From NCBI GenBank assembly GCA_018661705.1, contig JABJHR010000015.1, forward strand, positions 3,525 through 67,524: 64,000 bases of DNA, read 5' to 3'. Under the pieces are notes generated by a model, which saw nothing but the letters and a program-made list of their open reading frames with translations, had not been told where the DNA came from and did not search any database. Below are positions 48,257-58,442 of the stretch, one piece after another. The DNA comes from Candidatus Woesearchaeota archaeon (GTDB lineage: Archaea; Nanobdellota; Nanobdellia; Woesearchaeales; DSVV01). How positions within the stretch are numbered: the stretch's first letter is position 1; each line of letters opens with the position of its first letter. The position numbers and the translations under genes were made by a program.

Positions 48257-50350
48257 ATGCCTGTTTTAAAGGTTAGTAAAAGAGACGGAAGCCTAGTTGT
48301 TTTTAATAAAGAAAAAATATCTGGTGCTATTTTCAATGCAGCGTATGCAGTAGGAGGCTCTGATAAAGATAGGGCTGATCACCTAGCAGATATTGTTGTT
48401 AAGAAAGTTAATGAAAAATATGGGGATGAAGTTCCAACGGTAGAAGATATTCAAGATTTAGTTGAAAGAGTTTTAATTGAAGAACATCATATTAAAACTG
48501 CTAAAGCATATATCCTATATCGTGAAAAAAAGACAAGATTAAGAGAACTAAAAAAATCCTTGGTTGGAACTTTTGTAGCTAAGAAACTTAGTTATAATGC
48601 ATTAAAAATATTGAAAGAAAGATATTTGATGAAGGATGAAAATGGAGCAATTGCTGAAACCCCTTTGGGTATGTTTCGTAGAGTAGCACATAATGTTGCA
48701 AAAGCAGATAAGATTTATAACGATTTTGATCCAAAAAAATCAGAAGAGATTTTTAATGAAGCAATGGATAATCTTTATTTCTTACCAAATTCTCCTACCT
48801 TAATGAATGCAGGAACACAAATGCAACAACTTAGTGCATGTTTTGTTCTTCCAATTGAAGATTCTATTGAGAGTATTTACATGGCACTGAGAAATGCTGC
48901 CATTATCCATCAAAGTGGTGGTGGAACAGGATTTAGTTTTTCTGGTTTAAGACCAAAAGGAGACATTATTGGTTCAACAAGAGGACCTAGTTCTGGGCCA
49001 AAATCCTTTATTGAATTGTTTGATAAGTCAACAGAAATAATAAAAAAAGGTGGTAGAAGAAGGGGCGCAAATATGGGTGTTCTTAGAGTTGATCATCCTG
49101 ATGTTTTAGATTTTATCAATGCAAAAGAAAATACAGAAGTATTAACAAATTTTAATCTTTCAGTTGGATTAACAAGTAAATTTATTCAGGCACTAAAGAG
49201 AGATAACATGTATGATCTTATTAACCCTAAAACGGGAGAGGTAGTTCGTAAATTACCTGCGAGGGAAGTTTTTGATTTAATTGCAACCATGGCTTGGAAA
49301 AATGGTGAACCAGGAATACTTTTCTTAGATACTATTAATAAAGAAAATCCCTTGGCAAGTTTGGGAGAGATAAAAACAACAAATCCTTGTGGAGAAGTTC
49401 CTTTGTTACCCTATGAATCATGTAATTTAGGATCTATTAACTTATATCACATGGTTGAAGGAAAAGAAGTTGATTATGAAAAGCTAAGAAAAACAGTTTG
49501 GTTAGCGATACATTTTCTTGATAATGTTATTGAAATGAATAAATACCCACTTAAAGAAATTGAAACTATTACTAAAGCAAATAGGAAGATTGGGCTTGGT
49601 GTAATGGGTTTTTCAGATATGCTTTATAGGTTAGGAATTAAATATGATAGCGAGGAGGGTTTAAAGTTTGCTGAAAAATTAATTGGATTTATTTATGAAG
49701 AAGCAAAAAAAGCATCAATAGAACTTGCAAAGCGAAGAGGAGTTTTTACAAATTGGAAAAAAAGTAAATATGTCGAAGAAGGAATTAAACTAAGAAATGG
49801 AACACTTCTTTCAATTGCACCAACCGGAACATTAAGTATGATTGCAGATTGTAGTGGTAGTATTGAACCAAATTTTGCCTTGTCTTACATTAAACGAGTT
49901 ATGGGTGGAGAAGAATTTTTATTTGTGAACAAACATTTTGCAGATGTTGCCAGAGAAAGAGGATTTTATTCAGAGGAATTAATGAAAAAAATTGCAAATA
50001 AAGGATCAATACAAAGTTTTAGGGAAATTCCTAAAGATGTTAGAGATGTTTTTGTTACTAGTCACGATATTTCTGCAGAATATCATGTTAGAATGCAGGC
50101 TGCATTTCAGAAACATGTTGATAATGCAGTTTCTAAAAGTGTAAATCTAAGATATACTGCACAAAAAGACGATATGGCTAACATTTTTAAATTAGCACAT
50201 GAGTTGGGTTGTAAAGGAATTACTGTATATAGGGATGGTAGTAGAGATAATCAAGTTTTGAATGTTGAGTATGATAAAAATTTATCACAAAAGCAAGAAA
50301 GAAGAATTGTTAAAAAACGTAGAGTTCCTAATAAATGTGAAACTTGTTGA
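48257..50350 (+). CDS. nrdJ: Class II (adenosylcobalamin-dependent) ribonucleotide reductase NrdJ, second paralog
   Basis: ATP cone (SKRDGSLVVFNKEKI), NPCGEVPLLPYESCNLGSINL, and a C-terminal CETC tail. It is colinear with the upstream nrdJ. Confidence 0.85.
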   Translation: MPVLKVSKRDGSLVVFNKEKISGAIFNAAYAVGGSDKDRADHLADIVVKKVNEKYGDEVPTVEDIQDLVERVLIEEHHIKTAKAYILYREKKTRLRELKKSLVGTFVAKKLSYNALKILKERYLMKDENGAIAETPLGMFRRVAHNVAKADKIYNDFDPKKSEEIFNEAMDNLYFLPNSPTLMNAGTQMQQLSACFVLPIEDSIESIYMALRNAAIIHQSGGGTGFSFSGLRPKGDIIGSTRGPSSGPKSFIELFDKSTEIIKKGGRRRGANMGVLRVDHPDVLDFINAKENTEVLTNFNLSVGLTSKFIQALKRDNMYDLINPKTGEVVRKLPAREVFDLIATMAWKNGEPGILFLDTINKENPLASLGEIKTTNPCGEVPLLPYESCNLGSINLYHMVEGKEVDYEKLRKTVWLAIHFLDNVIEMNKYPLKEIETITKANRKIGLGVMGFSDMLYRLGIKYDSEEGLKFAEKLIGFIYEEAKKASIELAKRRGVFTNWKKSKYVEEGIKLRNGTLLSIAPTGTLSMIADCSGSIEPNFALSYIKRVMGGEEFLFVNKHFADVARERGFYSEELMKKIANKGSIQSFREIPKDVRDVFVTSHDISAEYHVRMQAAFQKHVDNAVSKSVNLRYTAQKDDMANIFKLAHELGCKGITVYRDGSRDNQVLNVEYDKNLSQKQERRIVKKRRVPNKCETC

Positions 50351-50547
50351 TTTTCTTTCTGAGTTGTTTGTTCTGTTTTTTCTTAAAATACGTTTTTTTT
50401 TAATTTATACAGTATATTTATAGGGTCTAATCTGTTTGTTTAGAGTGATTTTAGGAGTATTTTTATAAGAAACTATATAAACAAGATATTATCTATATAT
50501 TAAGTTATATTAGTTAGTAGAATATATGTTAGATAGGTGTTAAAAAG

Positions 50548-51000
50548 ATGACAAACCCAGGTGAAAGTCCAGGTGGAAACGCCGGTGGTGGCTTTGGATC
50601 GAGCATTGGTGGATTATTTTCCCAAAAGAAATCTCCACAACAGCAAGTAGATTTAGAACTTGGTGGTGTTGTAAGGGATGTAACTAGGAGATTAAAGGTT
50701 TTAGAAGAAAGGCTTACAACAGATCGGAAAAATATTCAATTAAATCAACAAAATGTTCTTGCAGCTAGTAAAAAAGTTAATGTTGAAATTAAGAATACTT
50801 ATCTTGAAATTAATGAATTAAAGAAAGAATTATCTCTTATTAAAGAGCAAATTGCTATGCTGATGACTGCTTTGAAAGAAACAGCAAGTAAAGAAGATGT
50901 AAAAACAATGGAAAAATATGTTGATCTTTGGGAACCATTAAATTTTGTTACAAAAAGAGAAGTGGAATCTTTAATTAGAAGAATTATTAACGAGAAATAG
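50548..51000 (+). CDS. Hypothetical coiled-coil protein with Gly-rich N-terminus
   Basis: 150 aa. An N-terminal G/S-rich segment is followed by heptad-like coiled coil. Confidence 0.4.
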   Translation: MTNPGESPGGNAGGGFGSSIGGLFSQKKSPQQQVDLELGGVVRDVTRRLKVLEERLTTDRKNIQLNQQNVLAASKKVNVEIKNTYLEINELKKELSLIKEQIAMLMTALKETASKEDVKTMEKYVDLWEPLNFVTKREVESLIRRIINEK

Positions 51001-51034
51001 GATTAAGAAAAATAAAATAGCAGATAAGTAAAAA

Positions 51035-51778
51035 ATGGGATTTTTGAATAATATCATTGGAAAACCTTCAGGGCCTGGAGAACCTGCGCCAGCAACAAAA
51101 GTAGAAATGAAAGGCCCACCTACTGACAGAGTCATTGCAATGAGACAGCATGGCTTAAGTAATAATCAAATTATTCAGGCACTTCAAAATGAAGGCCATA
51201 ATTCAACTGAGATTTTGGATGCAATAAATCAAGCTGATTTAAAAGGAGGTGTTGAAATGTCACCAAATCAATCAGGACAACCTGTACCAGCACAAATGCC
51301 GGGACAACCGTCACAACCACCACAACAACCACCAGGAGCTTCTCCTGCGCAAGGCCCAGGACCAATGAGTCCACCAGGACAGCCTTTACCGCCAGGATTT
51401 GGTTCGCCTGCACCAGCAATGGGACAGGAAGCTAGAGAAGAGGGTCCAGCACTAGAAAGAATTGAAGAACTAGCAGAAGCTATTATTGATGAAAAGTGGA
51501 ATGAGATTGTCAAGAGCATTAATAAAATTGCTGAGTGGAAAGAACGGACAGATGCAAAAATTACTCAAATGGAACAAAAGTTTGAGGATTTAAAGCATAA
51601 TTTTGATACTTTACACAAAGGTGTCTTAGGGAAAATAGGAGACTATGACAGTACATTAACAAATATCAGTTCAGAAATTAAGGCAATGGATAAAGTGTTT
51701 CAAAAAGTATTGCCTGTTATGACAGAAAATGTTAATGAGCTTAGTAGGATAACACAAGACATGAAGAAAAAAGCTTAA
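51035..51778 (+). CDS. Hypothetical protein with small helical N-domain, P/Q-rich linker and C-terminal coiled coil
   Basis: A P/Q/G-rich linker (QPVPAQMPGQPSQPPQQPPGASPAQGPGPMSPPGQP) sits between an N-terminal module of about 70 aa and a helical region of about 110 aa. Confidence 0.4.
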   Translation: MGFLNNIIGKPSGPGEPAPATKVEMKGPPTDRVIAMRQHGLSNNQIIQALQNEGHNSTEILDAINQADLKGGVEMSPNQSGQPVPAQMPGQPSQPPQQPPGASPAQGPGPMSPPGQPLPPGFGSPAPAMGQEAREEGPALERIEELAEAIIDEKWNEIVKSINKIAEWKERTDAKITQMEQKFEDLKHNFDTLHKGVLGKIGDYDSTLTNISSEIKAMDKVFQKVLPVMTENVNELSRITQDMKKKA

Positions 51779-51897
51779 TGCTAATGCATTGCTTTTTAAT
51801 TTTTTTAATTCCTTGTCTTTTACATTATGCTTTTCATATATGTATTTTATTATAATTTATCAAGATTACAACTTACTAACTGTTGTGGGGTAATTAA

Positions 51898-52539
51898 ATG
51901 AATCTGTTGTGGCAAAGTTTTTGGTTTTTTATGGTTGTTCTTGTTTTAATTATTTTTTTCTACCATATTTGGTTTCTAAGAAATCCTAAGGTTAAACCTA
52001 CTAAAAAGGGATATGTCATAAGTCCTGCGTCTGGAAAAATCATACATATCATTAAATATAATCAGAACACAGCTAAAATTAAAAAAGGAAGATTTGGAAA
52101 AATAATGACCCTCACTAAAGATGTTTCTAAGAAAGGTTATTTAATTTGTATTGCAATGAATATCTTTAATGTGCATTTTCAACGTTCTCCTATTCCAGGG
52201 AATGTAAAAAAAGTTAATTACTTTAAAGGAAAATTAAGAAATATATTTCTTAATCCAGATGGGTTAAGATTTATTGATAATGAGAGAAATGAAATCTTAA
52301 TTGGGGCAAGATCAGAAAATAAGAATTTTAATGTTAAAATTATCCAAATTGCAGGAATGGCTGCAAGGCGAATTCATTGTTATGTTAAAAATAATCAAAA
52401 ACTCAAGACTACTGATTTATTAGGTGTTATTAAATTTGGTAGCATGGTTGTATTAGTTATACCTGATCATATTAATCTTATGGTTAAGGAAAATGAGAAA
52501 GTTCATGTTGGTAAAACAAAAATAGGGAAACTCTCATAG
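51898..52539 (+). CDS. psd: Phosphatidylserine (archaetidylserine) decarboxylase-like proenzyme, archaeal short type
   Basis: 213 aa with an N-terminal TM and a candidate G-S self-cleavage site (KFGSMVV). It is adjacent to a CDP-alcohol phosphatidyltransferase. Confidence 0.55.
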   Translation: MNLLWQSFWFFMVVLVLIIFFYHIWFLRNPKVKPTKKGYVISPASGKIIHIIKYNQNTAKIKKGRFGKIMTLTKDVSKKGYLICIAMNIFNVHFQRSPIPGNVKKVNYFKGKLRNIFLNPDGLRFIDNERNEILIGARSENKNFNVKIIQIAGMAARRIHCYVKNNQKLKTTDLLGVIKFGSMVVLVIPDHINLMVKENEKVHVGKTKIGKLS

Positions 52540-52563
52540 GTAAACTTTCATAGAGGTGAAAAG

Positions 52564-53100
52564 ATGAAATATTTTAATATACATAAATTACTGAAACTTG
52601 CCGATTTTGTTACTTTATTGAATGTTGTTTCTGGTGTTTTAGCAATTATGTTTGCTATTTCTGGAAATTTTAATTTAGCAGCAATATTTCTTATAGGGGC
52701 TGTTATGTTTGATGCTTTGGATGGCAGAGTTGCGAGAATGTTTTTCCATAAAACTTCAGAAAAACAAAAGGATTTTGGAAAACAATTAGATAGTCTGGCA
52801 GATGTTATTAGTTTTGGTGTTGCCCCAGCAATTATTGGTTATATGATGGGGTTTAGATCATGGTATTGGATAATTGTGTTATTGCTTTATGTTTGTTGCG
52901 GTGTTTTAAGATTAGCGAGGTTTAACATTACAAAATCACAAACTCTTTTTGAAGGACTTCCAATTACTGTTGGCGGTGTTATTATTGCTTTGTTGATATT
53001 TGTAGCAAATTTTCAAACTTGGCCATTGTTAATTATGCCTTATGTTTATTTAATCATGGCAATATTAATGATTTCATCAATTTCAATTAAGAAAATATAA
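52564..53100 (+). CDS. CDP-alcohol phosphatidyltransferase (archaetidylserine synthase-like)
   Basis: D-x2-D-G-x2-A-R-x(8-16)-G-x3-D-x3-D motif (DALDGRVARMFF...GKQLDSLADVISFG) in a multi-TM protein. Confidence 0.75.
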   Translation: MKYFNIHKLLKLADFVTLLNVVSGVLAIMFAISGNFNLAAIFLIGAVMFDALDGRVARMFFHKTSEKQKDFGKQLDSLADVISFGVAPAIIGYMMGFRSWYWIIVLLLYVCCGVLRLARFNITKSQTLFEGLPITVGGVIIALLIFVANFQTWPLLIMPYVYLIMAILMISSISIKKI

Positions 53101-53118
53101 TTAATAGGTGGTGTTAAT

Positions 53119-53583
53119 ATGATTCAAGAATTGATATATACAATGTTCACAAATAAAGTAGTTTTAAGTCTTATCTTTGTTTTTATTGCAGCGGAAATTA
53201 TTAAATTAATTACTTTTGCCTATAAACAAAAGTGTTTTTCCCCCTCTTGTTTAGTTAAGGGCGGTGGGATGCCAAGTACACACACATCATTGGTAAGCAC
53301 ATTAACATTTTCAGTGTTATTTAATTTTGGTTTTTCTATTCTATGGGTTGCGATTGCAGTTTTTTCCATAATTGTTGCAAGAGACGCATTTGGTGTTAGA
53401 AAACATGCTGGAGAACATGCAAAGTTATTGAACATTATGTTGCAAGACTCTAAGCTAAGAAAAAAATATGAAAATAAGTCTGGGAAAAAGCAAATGCAGG
53501 AAAGTATTGGTCATACGCCAATTGAAGTTTTTGCAGGCGTTATTCTTGGCTTAATAATTTCATTAATAATCTTCATTATTTAG
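53119..53583 (+). CDS. Divergent PAP2/DUF212-family membrane protein
   Basis: A GGMPSTHTS motif and four TM helices, resembling the acid phosphatase/vanadium haloperoxidase-related DUF212 family. Confidence 0.5.
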   Translation: MIQELIYTMFTNKVVLSLIFVFIAAEIIKLITFAYKQKCFSPSCLVKGGGMPSTHTSLVSTLTFSVLFNFGFSILWVAIAVFSIIVARDAFGVRKHAGEHAKLLNIMLQDSKLRKKYENKSGKKQMQESIGHTPIEVFAGVILGLIISLIIFII

Positions 53584-53593
53584 AGGTGTAAAA

Positions 53594-54142
53594 ATGATTT
53601 TGAAACTTATGCTACAAACATTATGGTTGTTTTTACCTGCTTTATTAGCAAATTTAACGCCCCCTTTAGTTAGAAATTATTTTAAATTTATGGCAAAACC
53701 AATTGATATGGGGCTAAAGTTTAGGGGGAAACGATTATTAGGAAATAATAAAACGATTAGAGGTATAGTTTGTGGTGTTATTGTGGGTATTCTCGTGGCA
53801 GGTATACAAAGATTACTTTATACCCTTGAAGCATTCCAATGGCTTAGTTTAATTGATTATTCTCAAACTTGTGTGCTTTTGCTTGGATTCTTATTAGGGT
53901 TTGGAGCATTATTTGGAGATGTTGTAGAAAGCTTTTTCAAAAGGCAATTTAATGTTAAACCAGGAAAACCATTTATTCCTTTTGACCAAATTGACTTTTT
54001 AGTTGGGGCGTGGTTGTTTTTATTATTTGTTTATGTTCCGTCTTGGCAAGTTATTGTAATCTTACTGGTTATGGGGATATTATTACATCTATTATCTAAT
54101 ATCATTGGTTATCTAATTGGTGTAAATAAAGAAATGTTTTAA
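53594..54142 (+). CDS. carS: CDP-archaeol synthase (CDP-2,3-bis-O-geranylgeranyl-sn-glycerol synthase)
   Basis: About 180 aa with five TM helices, a conserved GNNKTIRG loop and the C-terminal region typical of CarS (DUF46). Confidence 0.7.
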   Translation: MILKLMLQTLWLFLPALLANLTPPLVRNYFKFMAKPIDMGLKFRGKRLLGNNKTIRGIVCGVIVGILVAGIQRLLYTLEAFQWLSLIDYSQTCVLLLGFLLGFGALFGDVVESFFKRQFNVKPGKPFIPFDQIDFLVGAWLFLLFVYVPSWQVIVILLVMGILLHLLSNIIGYLIGVNKEMF

Positions 54143-54153
54143 TTTTATTATGA

Positions 54154-55740
54154 TTATTTTTTATTTCCTTTGCCTTTTTTGTTTTTTTTTGTTTTTTTAA
54201 TTGGTTTATTATTGATATTTTTAATTACTTTTTTCTTTGGTTTTATCTTAACTGCTTTTACAATTACTTTTTTAGTTTTTTCAACAACTCTTTTTACTGT
54301 TTTTTTAGGTTCTGTTGTTGTTTTGACTTTTTTAGAAAACTTTTCAACCTCATCAATATCCTTTTTTAAATTGTTAATTTTGGAACTTAGGTTTATTATT
54401 TCCTTGTTTATTTCATCTTTGCTTGACTTATCTTTTACTTCTTTACTTATCTTTGAGATTTGTGTTGTTATATTTGCAAGATCTTTTTCTTTCAAGGAAA
54501 TATGTGATAAAGCGTCTGTAGTTAATTCTAACTTTTCTTTTAATTTGTCTAAGTCTTTTTTACCTACAAATTCATCTAATTTACTGAGTTTTTTAGTTTC
54601 TTTTAAAAGATAACTTGTTCTTTCTTCTAATTCATCTATTTCTTTCTTTAAATTTTGGTATTTTGAAGTATTTGCTTCTAATAACTTTTCGACTTCTTTT
54701 TTTAAGACAATATTATTTTTAATTTTATCAAGGTCTTCTTTTACTTTCCCAAATTCGTTGTCAAGCTTATTAATTTCTTTCTTTGTTAAATCTTTTTTCC
54801 CTTCGGCTTTTTTAATCTTAAATTGAAGATTTTCAACAGAAAATTGTATGTCTTTGAATCTGTTTTCTGTTTTTTTAAGTTCATTTTCAAAGCTTTTCTT
54901 ATCAGTTACCTTTTCAAGAGCTTTTTTCATTTCTTCTATGTTTACAAGTGGTTTAATTGAATTAGAAAGTTTTAATATTGTACTGTTGAGTTCATTTGTT
55001 TCTGACCACACATTATTAATTTTTTTTGTTAATTCTTGTCTTTGTTCATCTATTTTTTTATTAGTTGTTTTTTCAATATTTTTTCTTGTTTTCTCAGTTT
55101 TTTCAAGTGATTTAATAGACTTGGATTGTTTTGATATCTTGTCATTAAGTCCATTTGTTTCTGACCAAACCCCGCTGATCTTTTTGTTCATTTCTTGTTT
55201 TTGTTTGTGTATTTCTTTATTTACTTCTTTTCTTGGAATAAAATTTCTCTCAACATCTTCGACTTCTACTCCAAAATTAAATAAATGGTCTAAACGTTTA
55301 TCTATTTCTTTTAAACTTCTATCTATTTTTAATGTAAATTTATTAAATTCTAACTTTTTTATGAATTTATTTTTTAAATCAGAAATTTCATTACGGAATG
55401 CAGTAACGTCATTCTTTAATCCTAATGCTTTTTTTAGTTCAGATCTTTTATATTTCTCTTTCTCTACATGTTTCATTAATTTTTTATTTAATTTGTTGCT
55501 AGACTTTACTTCTGAATCTATTCTTTTATTTATTTTGTTTGTAGTATTCTTAAGATCATCTTTTAAATCTTTTATTAGACTATTATGCTCCTTTCTAAGC
55601 TGAGTTACTTCTGCAAAAAGCTTTACATAGTCTTCTTTGCTTATGAATTTCTCATCTGAATTTTCTTTAAGTAGTTTCATATCTTTTTTTACATTAGAAA
55701 AAGCCCTAGTTACTCTTTTATCAAGTTTGTTAACATCCAT
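54154..55740 (-). CDS. Long coiled-coil protein with lysine-rich C-terminal tail
   Basis: 528 aa, almost entirely heptad-like K/E/L-rich coiled coil, with a terminal KKxK basic tail. Confidence 0.5.
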   Translation of the reverse strand: MDVNKLDKRVTRAFSNVKKDMKLLKENSDEKFISKEDYVKLFAEVTQLRKEHNSLIKDLKDDLKNTTNKINKRIDSEVKSSNKLNKKLMKHVEKEKYKRSELKKALGLKNDVTAFRNEISDLKNKFIKKLEFNKFTLKIDRSLKEIDKRLDHLFNFGVEVEDVERNFIPRKEVNKEIHKQKQEMNKKISGVWSETNGLNDKISKQSKSIKSLEKTEKTRKNIEKTTNKKIDEQRQELTKKINNVWSETNELNSTILKLSNSIKPLVNIEEMKKALEKVTDKKSFENELKKTENRFKDIQFSVENLQFKIKKAEGKKDLTKKEINKLDNEFGKVKEDLDKIKNNIVLKKEVEKLLEANTSKYQNLKKEIDELEERTSYLLKETKKLSKLDEFVGKKDLDKLKEKLELTTDALSHISLKEKDLANITTQISKISKEVKDKSSKDEINKEIINLSSKINNLKKDIDEVEKFSKKVKTTTEPKKTVKRVVEKTKKVIVKAVKIKPKKKVIKNINNKPIKKTKKNKKGKGNKK

Positions 55741-55761
55741 AATTACACCTCACTATTAAAA

Positions 55762-55847
55762 GTTTGAAAGGTTTGGAGGGTTTGAAGGGTTTGGAAGGTT
55801 TTAATAAACCTTTTTAACCTTTCATACCATTAGAACCTTTATAATCC
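55762..55847. repeat. Family C repeat: a GTTTGRARGG tandem array opposed to an AACCTTT array, copy C2
   Basis: gtttgaaaggtttggagggtttgaagggtttggaaggtttt...aaacctttttaacctttcataccattagaacctttataatcc. Confidence 0.45.
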
Positions 55848-55998
55848 TTTTATTTTCTGTTACTATAACTATAATATCTGCTTATTATATCTATTAATAT
55901 ATAAACTTTATTGTAATGTAGACGAGAAATTTGGAAATTAATTGTTGACTGGTGACGAAAAAGGGTTTTTTGTATGTTTGTTTAGATGTTTTAAAATT

Positions 55999-57177
55999 TT
56001 ACTCTTCCAATACTTTCAACGCAATTAACTCTTTCCCTTCAAATAGTTTTAAAGAAGCTCCACCACCTGTGCTGACATGGGTCATGTGTTTATCAAAACC
56101 AAATTTCTCTAATGCAGCTGCGCTGTCTCCACCACCAACAATTGTTGTTGCATTTGTTTCAGCCATTGCATCTGCAATTAGTTTTGTACCATCTGCAAAT
56201 TCTGGTTTTTCATACATGCCCATTGGTCCATTCCAAGAAATTGTTTCAGCTTGTTGAATTATAATTCTATATCTTTCTATTGTTTTTGGGCCAATGTCAA
56301 GCGCCATTTGATTATCTTGAATCTGATTAATATCTACTACCTCTGGTGTTGATTCTGGTGTTTCTGCAACAACTGCATCAATTGGTAAGGTTATTTTTGG
56401 ATTATTAAGGAATTCTTTTATTAGAAATTCATTATCTTCTGTAAATCCTTCTTTATCTATTTTTGTTTTTCCAATGTTATTTCCTGCAACTTTACAAAAT
56501 AAAAATCCTAATGAACCACCAAGAAGAATTTTATCAGCTGTTTTGAATAAATTTTGTATTGCACTAAGTTTATCTGCTTTTATCCCGCCAATAATTGAAA
56601 CAAATGGTGTTTTTGGATTTTCAATTGTACGTTTAATCATATCAAGTTCTTTTTTAATGAGTAATCCAACACATTTTTCTTCTACAAATTTTGGAACAGA
56701 AGTCATTGAAGCATGGTCACGATGACAATTACTAAATGCATCTTCAACAAATACATCCATGTCTTTTGCTAATAACTTACCAAATTCATCTCTTTCTTCT
56801 TGCAATTCAGATTTTTCATTAGGATTAAACCGTAAATTTTCTAACATGATTAAACAATTATCTGGATTATTTGCATCATGATTGCTTGTATTCCAATCAT
56901 CAATTTTTTTAATTGGCATGTCTATTAATTTACCTAATAATTCAGAAATTTTGTCTGTTTTTAAGTAAGGTTCATTATTTTTTGGTCTTCCAGCATGACA
57001 TGCAAAAATTACTTGTTTTGGCATTTGCTTAAGAATGAAATTTATTGTTGGTACTGTTAACTTTATTCTAAAATCGTTAGTTATCTCTCCTGTTTTCTCG
57101 TCTATTGGAACATTATAGTCAACTCTGATGAAAACTTTCTTATCTTTGAAGTCAATGTCTTCTACTGTTTTTAACAT
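55999..57177 (-). CDS. pgk: Phosphoglycerate kinase
   Basis: N-terminal VFIRVDYNVP, conserved GGGASLKLFEGKEL, and ATP-binding GGGDSAAA motifs. Confidence 0.9.
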   Translation of the reverse strand: MLKTVEDIDFKDKKVFIRVDYNVPIDEKTGEITNDFRIKLTVPTINFILKQMPKQVIFACHAGRPKNNEPYLKTDKISELLGKLIDMPIKKIDDWNTSNHDANNPDNCLIMLENLRFNPNEKSELQEERDEFGKLLAKDMDVFVEDAFSNCHRDHASMTSVPKFVEEKCVGLLIKKELDMIKRTIENPKTPFVSIIGGIKADKLSAIQNLFKTADKILLGGSLGFLFCKVAGNNIGKTKIDKEGFTEDNEFLIKEFLNNPKITLPIDAVVAETPESTPEVVDINQIQDNQMALDIGPKTIERYRIIIQQAETISWNGPMGMYEKPEFADGTKLIADAMAETNATTIVGGGDSAAALEKFGFDKHMTHVSTGGGASLKLFEGKELIALKVLEE

Positions 57178-57220
57178 ATCTTCACCTTTTTTAATTCCAT
57201 TATTAATTTATAGTGTTGAA

Positions 57221-57310
57221 CAAAATAACATCATGGCCAGGCGAGCCGTTAGGCGAGTAGGATATTTGCGTAGCAAATTTCCGTCTGTGCCGTTATTGTT
57301 GTTATTTTGT
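57221..57310 (+). repeat. Family A GC-rich palindromic intergenic repeat, copy A3
   Basis: acaaaataacatca|GGCCAGGCGAGCCGTTAGGCGAGTAGGATATTTGCgtaGCAAATTTCCGTCTGTGCC|gttattgttgttattttgt. Compensatory changes occur in the inner stem relative to A1 and A2. Confidence 0.6.
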
Positions 57311-57339
57311 ATGTCTATTACTAGTAATAATTAACAAAT

Positions 57340-58353
<1,014 letters not shown>

Positions 58354-58442
58354 TTATTTTTATTAATTATTACTCATATTAATGCCAATTATTATATCGT
58401 ATATAAATATTATGAAGAATTAGATCTAATTAGCTAAATTCA

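Noticed and set aside
51171-51519. Two minus-strand ORFs (82 and 83 aa) inside the P/Q-rich gene
   Set aside because: Antisense translation of the CCA/CAG-rich linker gives V/L/G runs. There is no independent support.
54170-55603. Plus-strand ORFs of 147 and 251 aa inside the long coiled-coil gene
   Set aside because: Phe/Leu/Ser-rich antisense frames of an AAG/GAA-rich coiled-coil gene. The minus frame is continuous for 528 aa and has a coherent heptad character.
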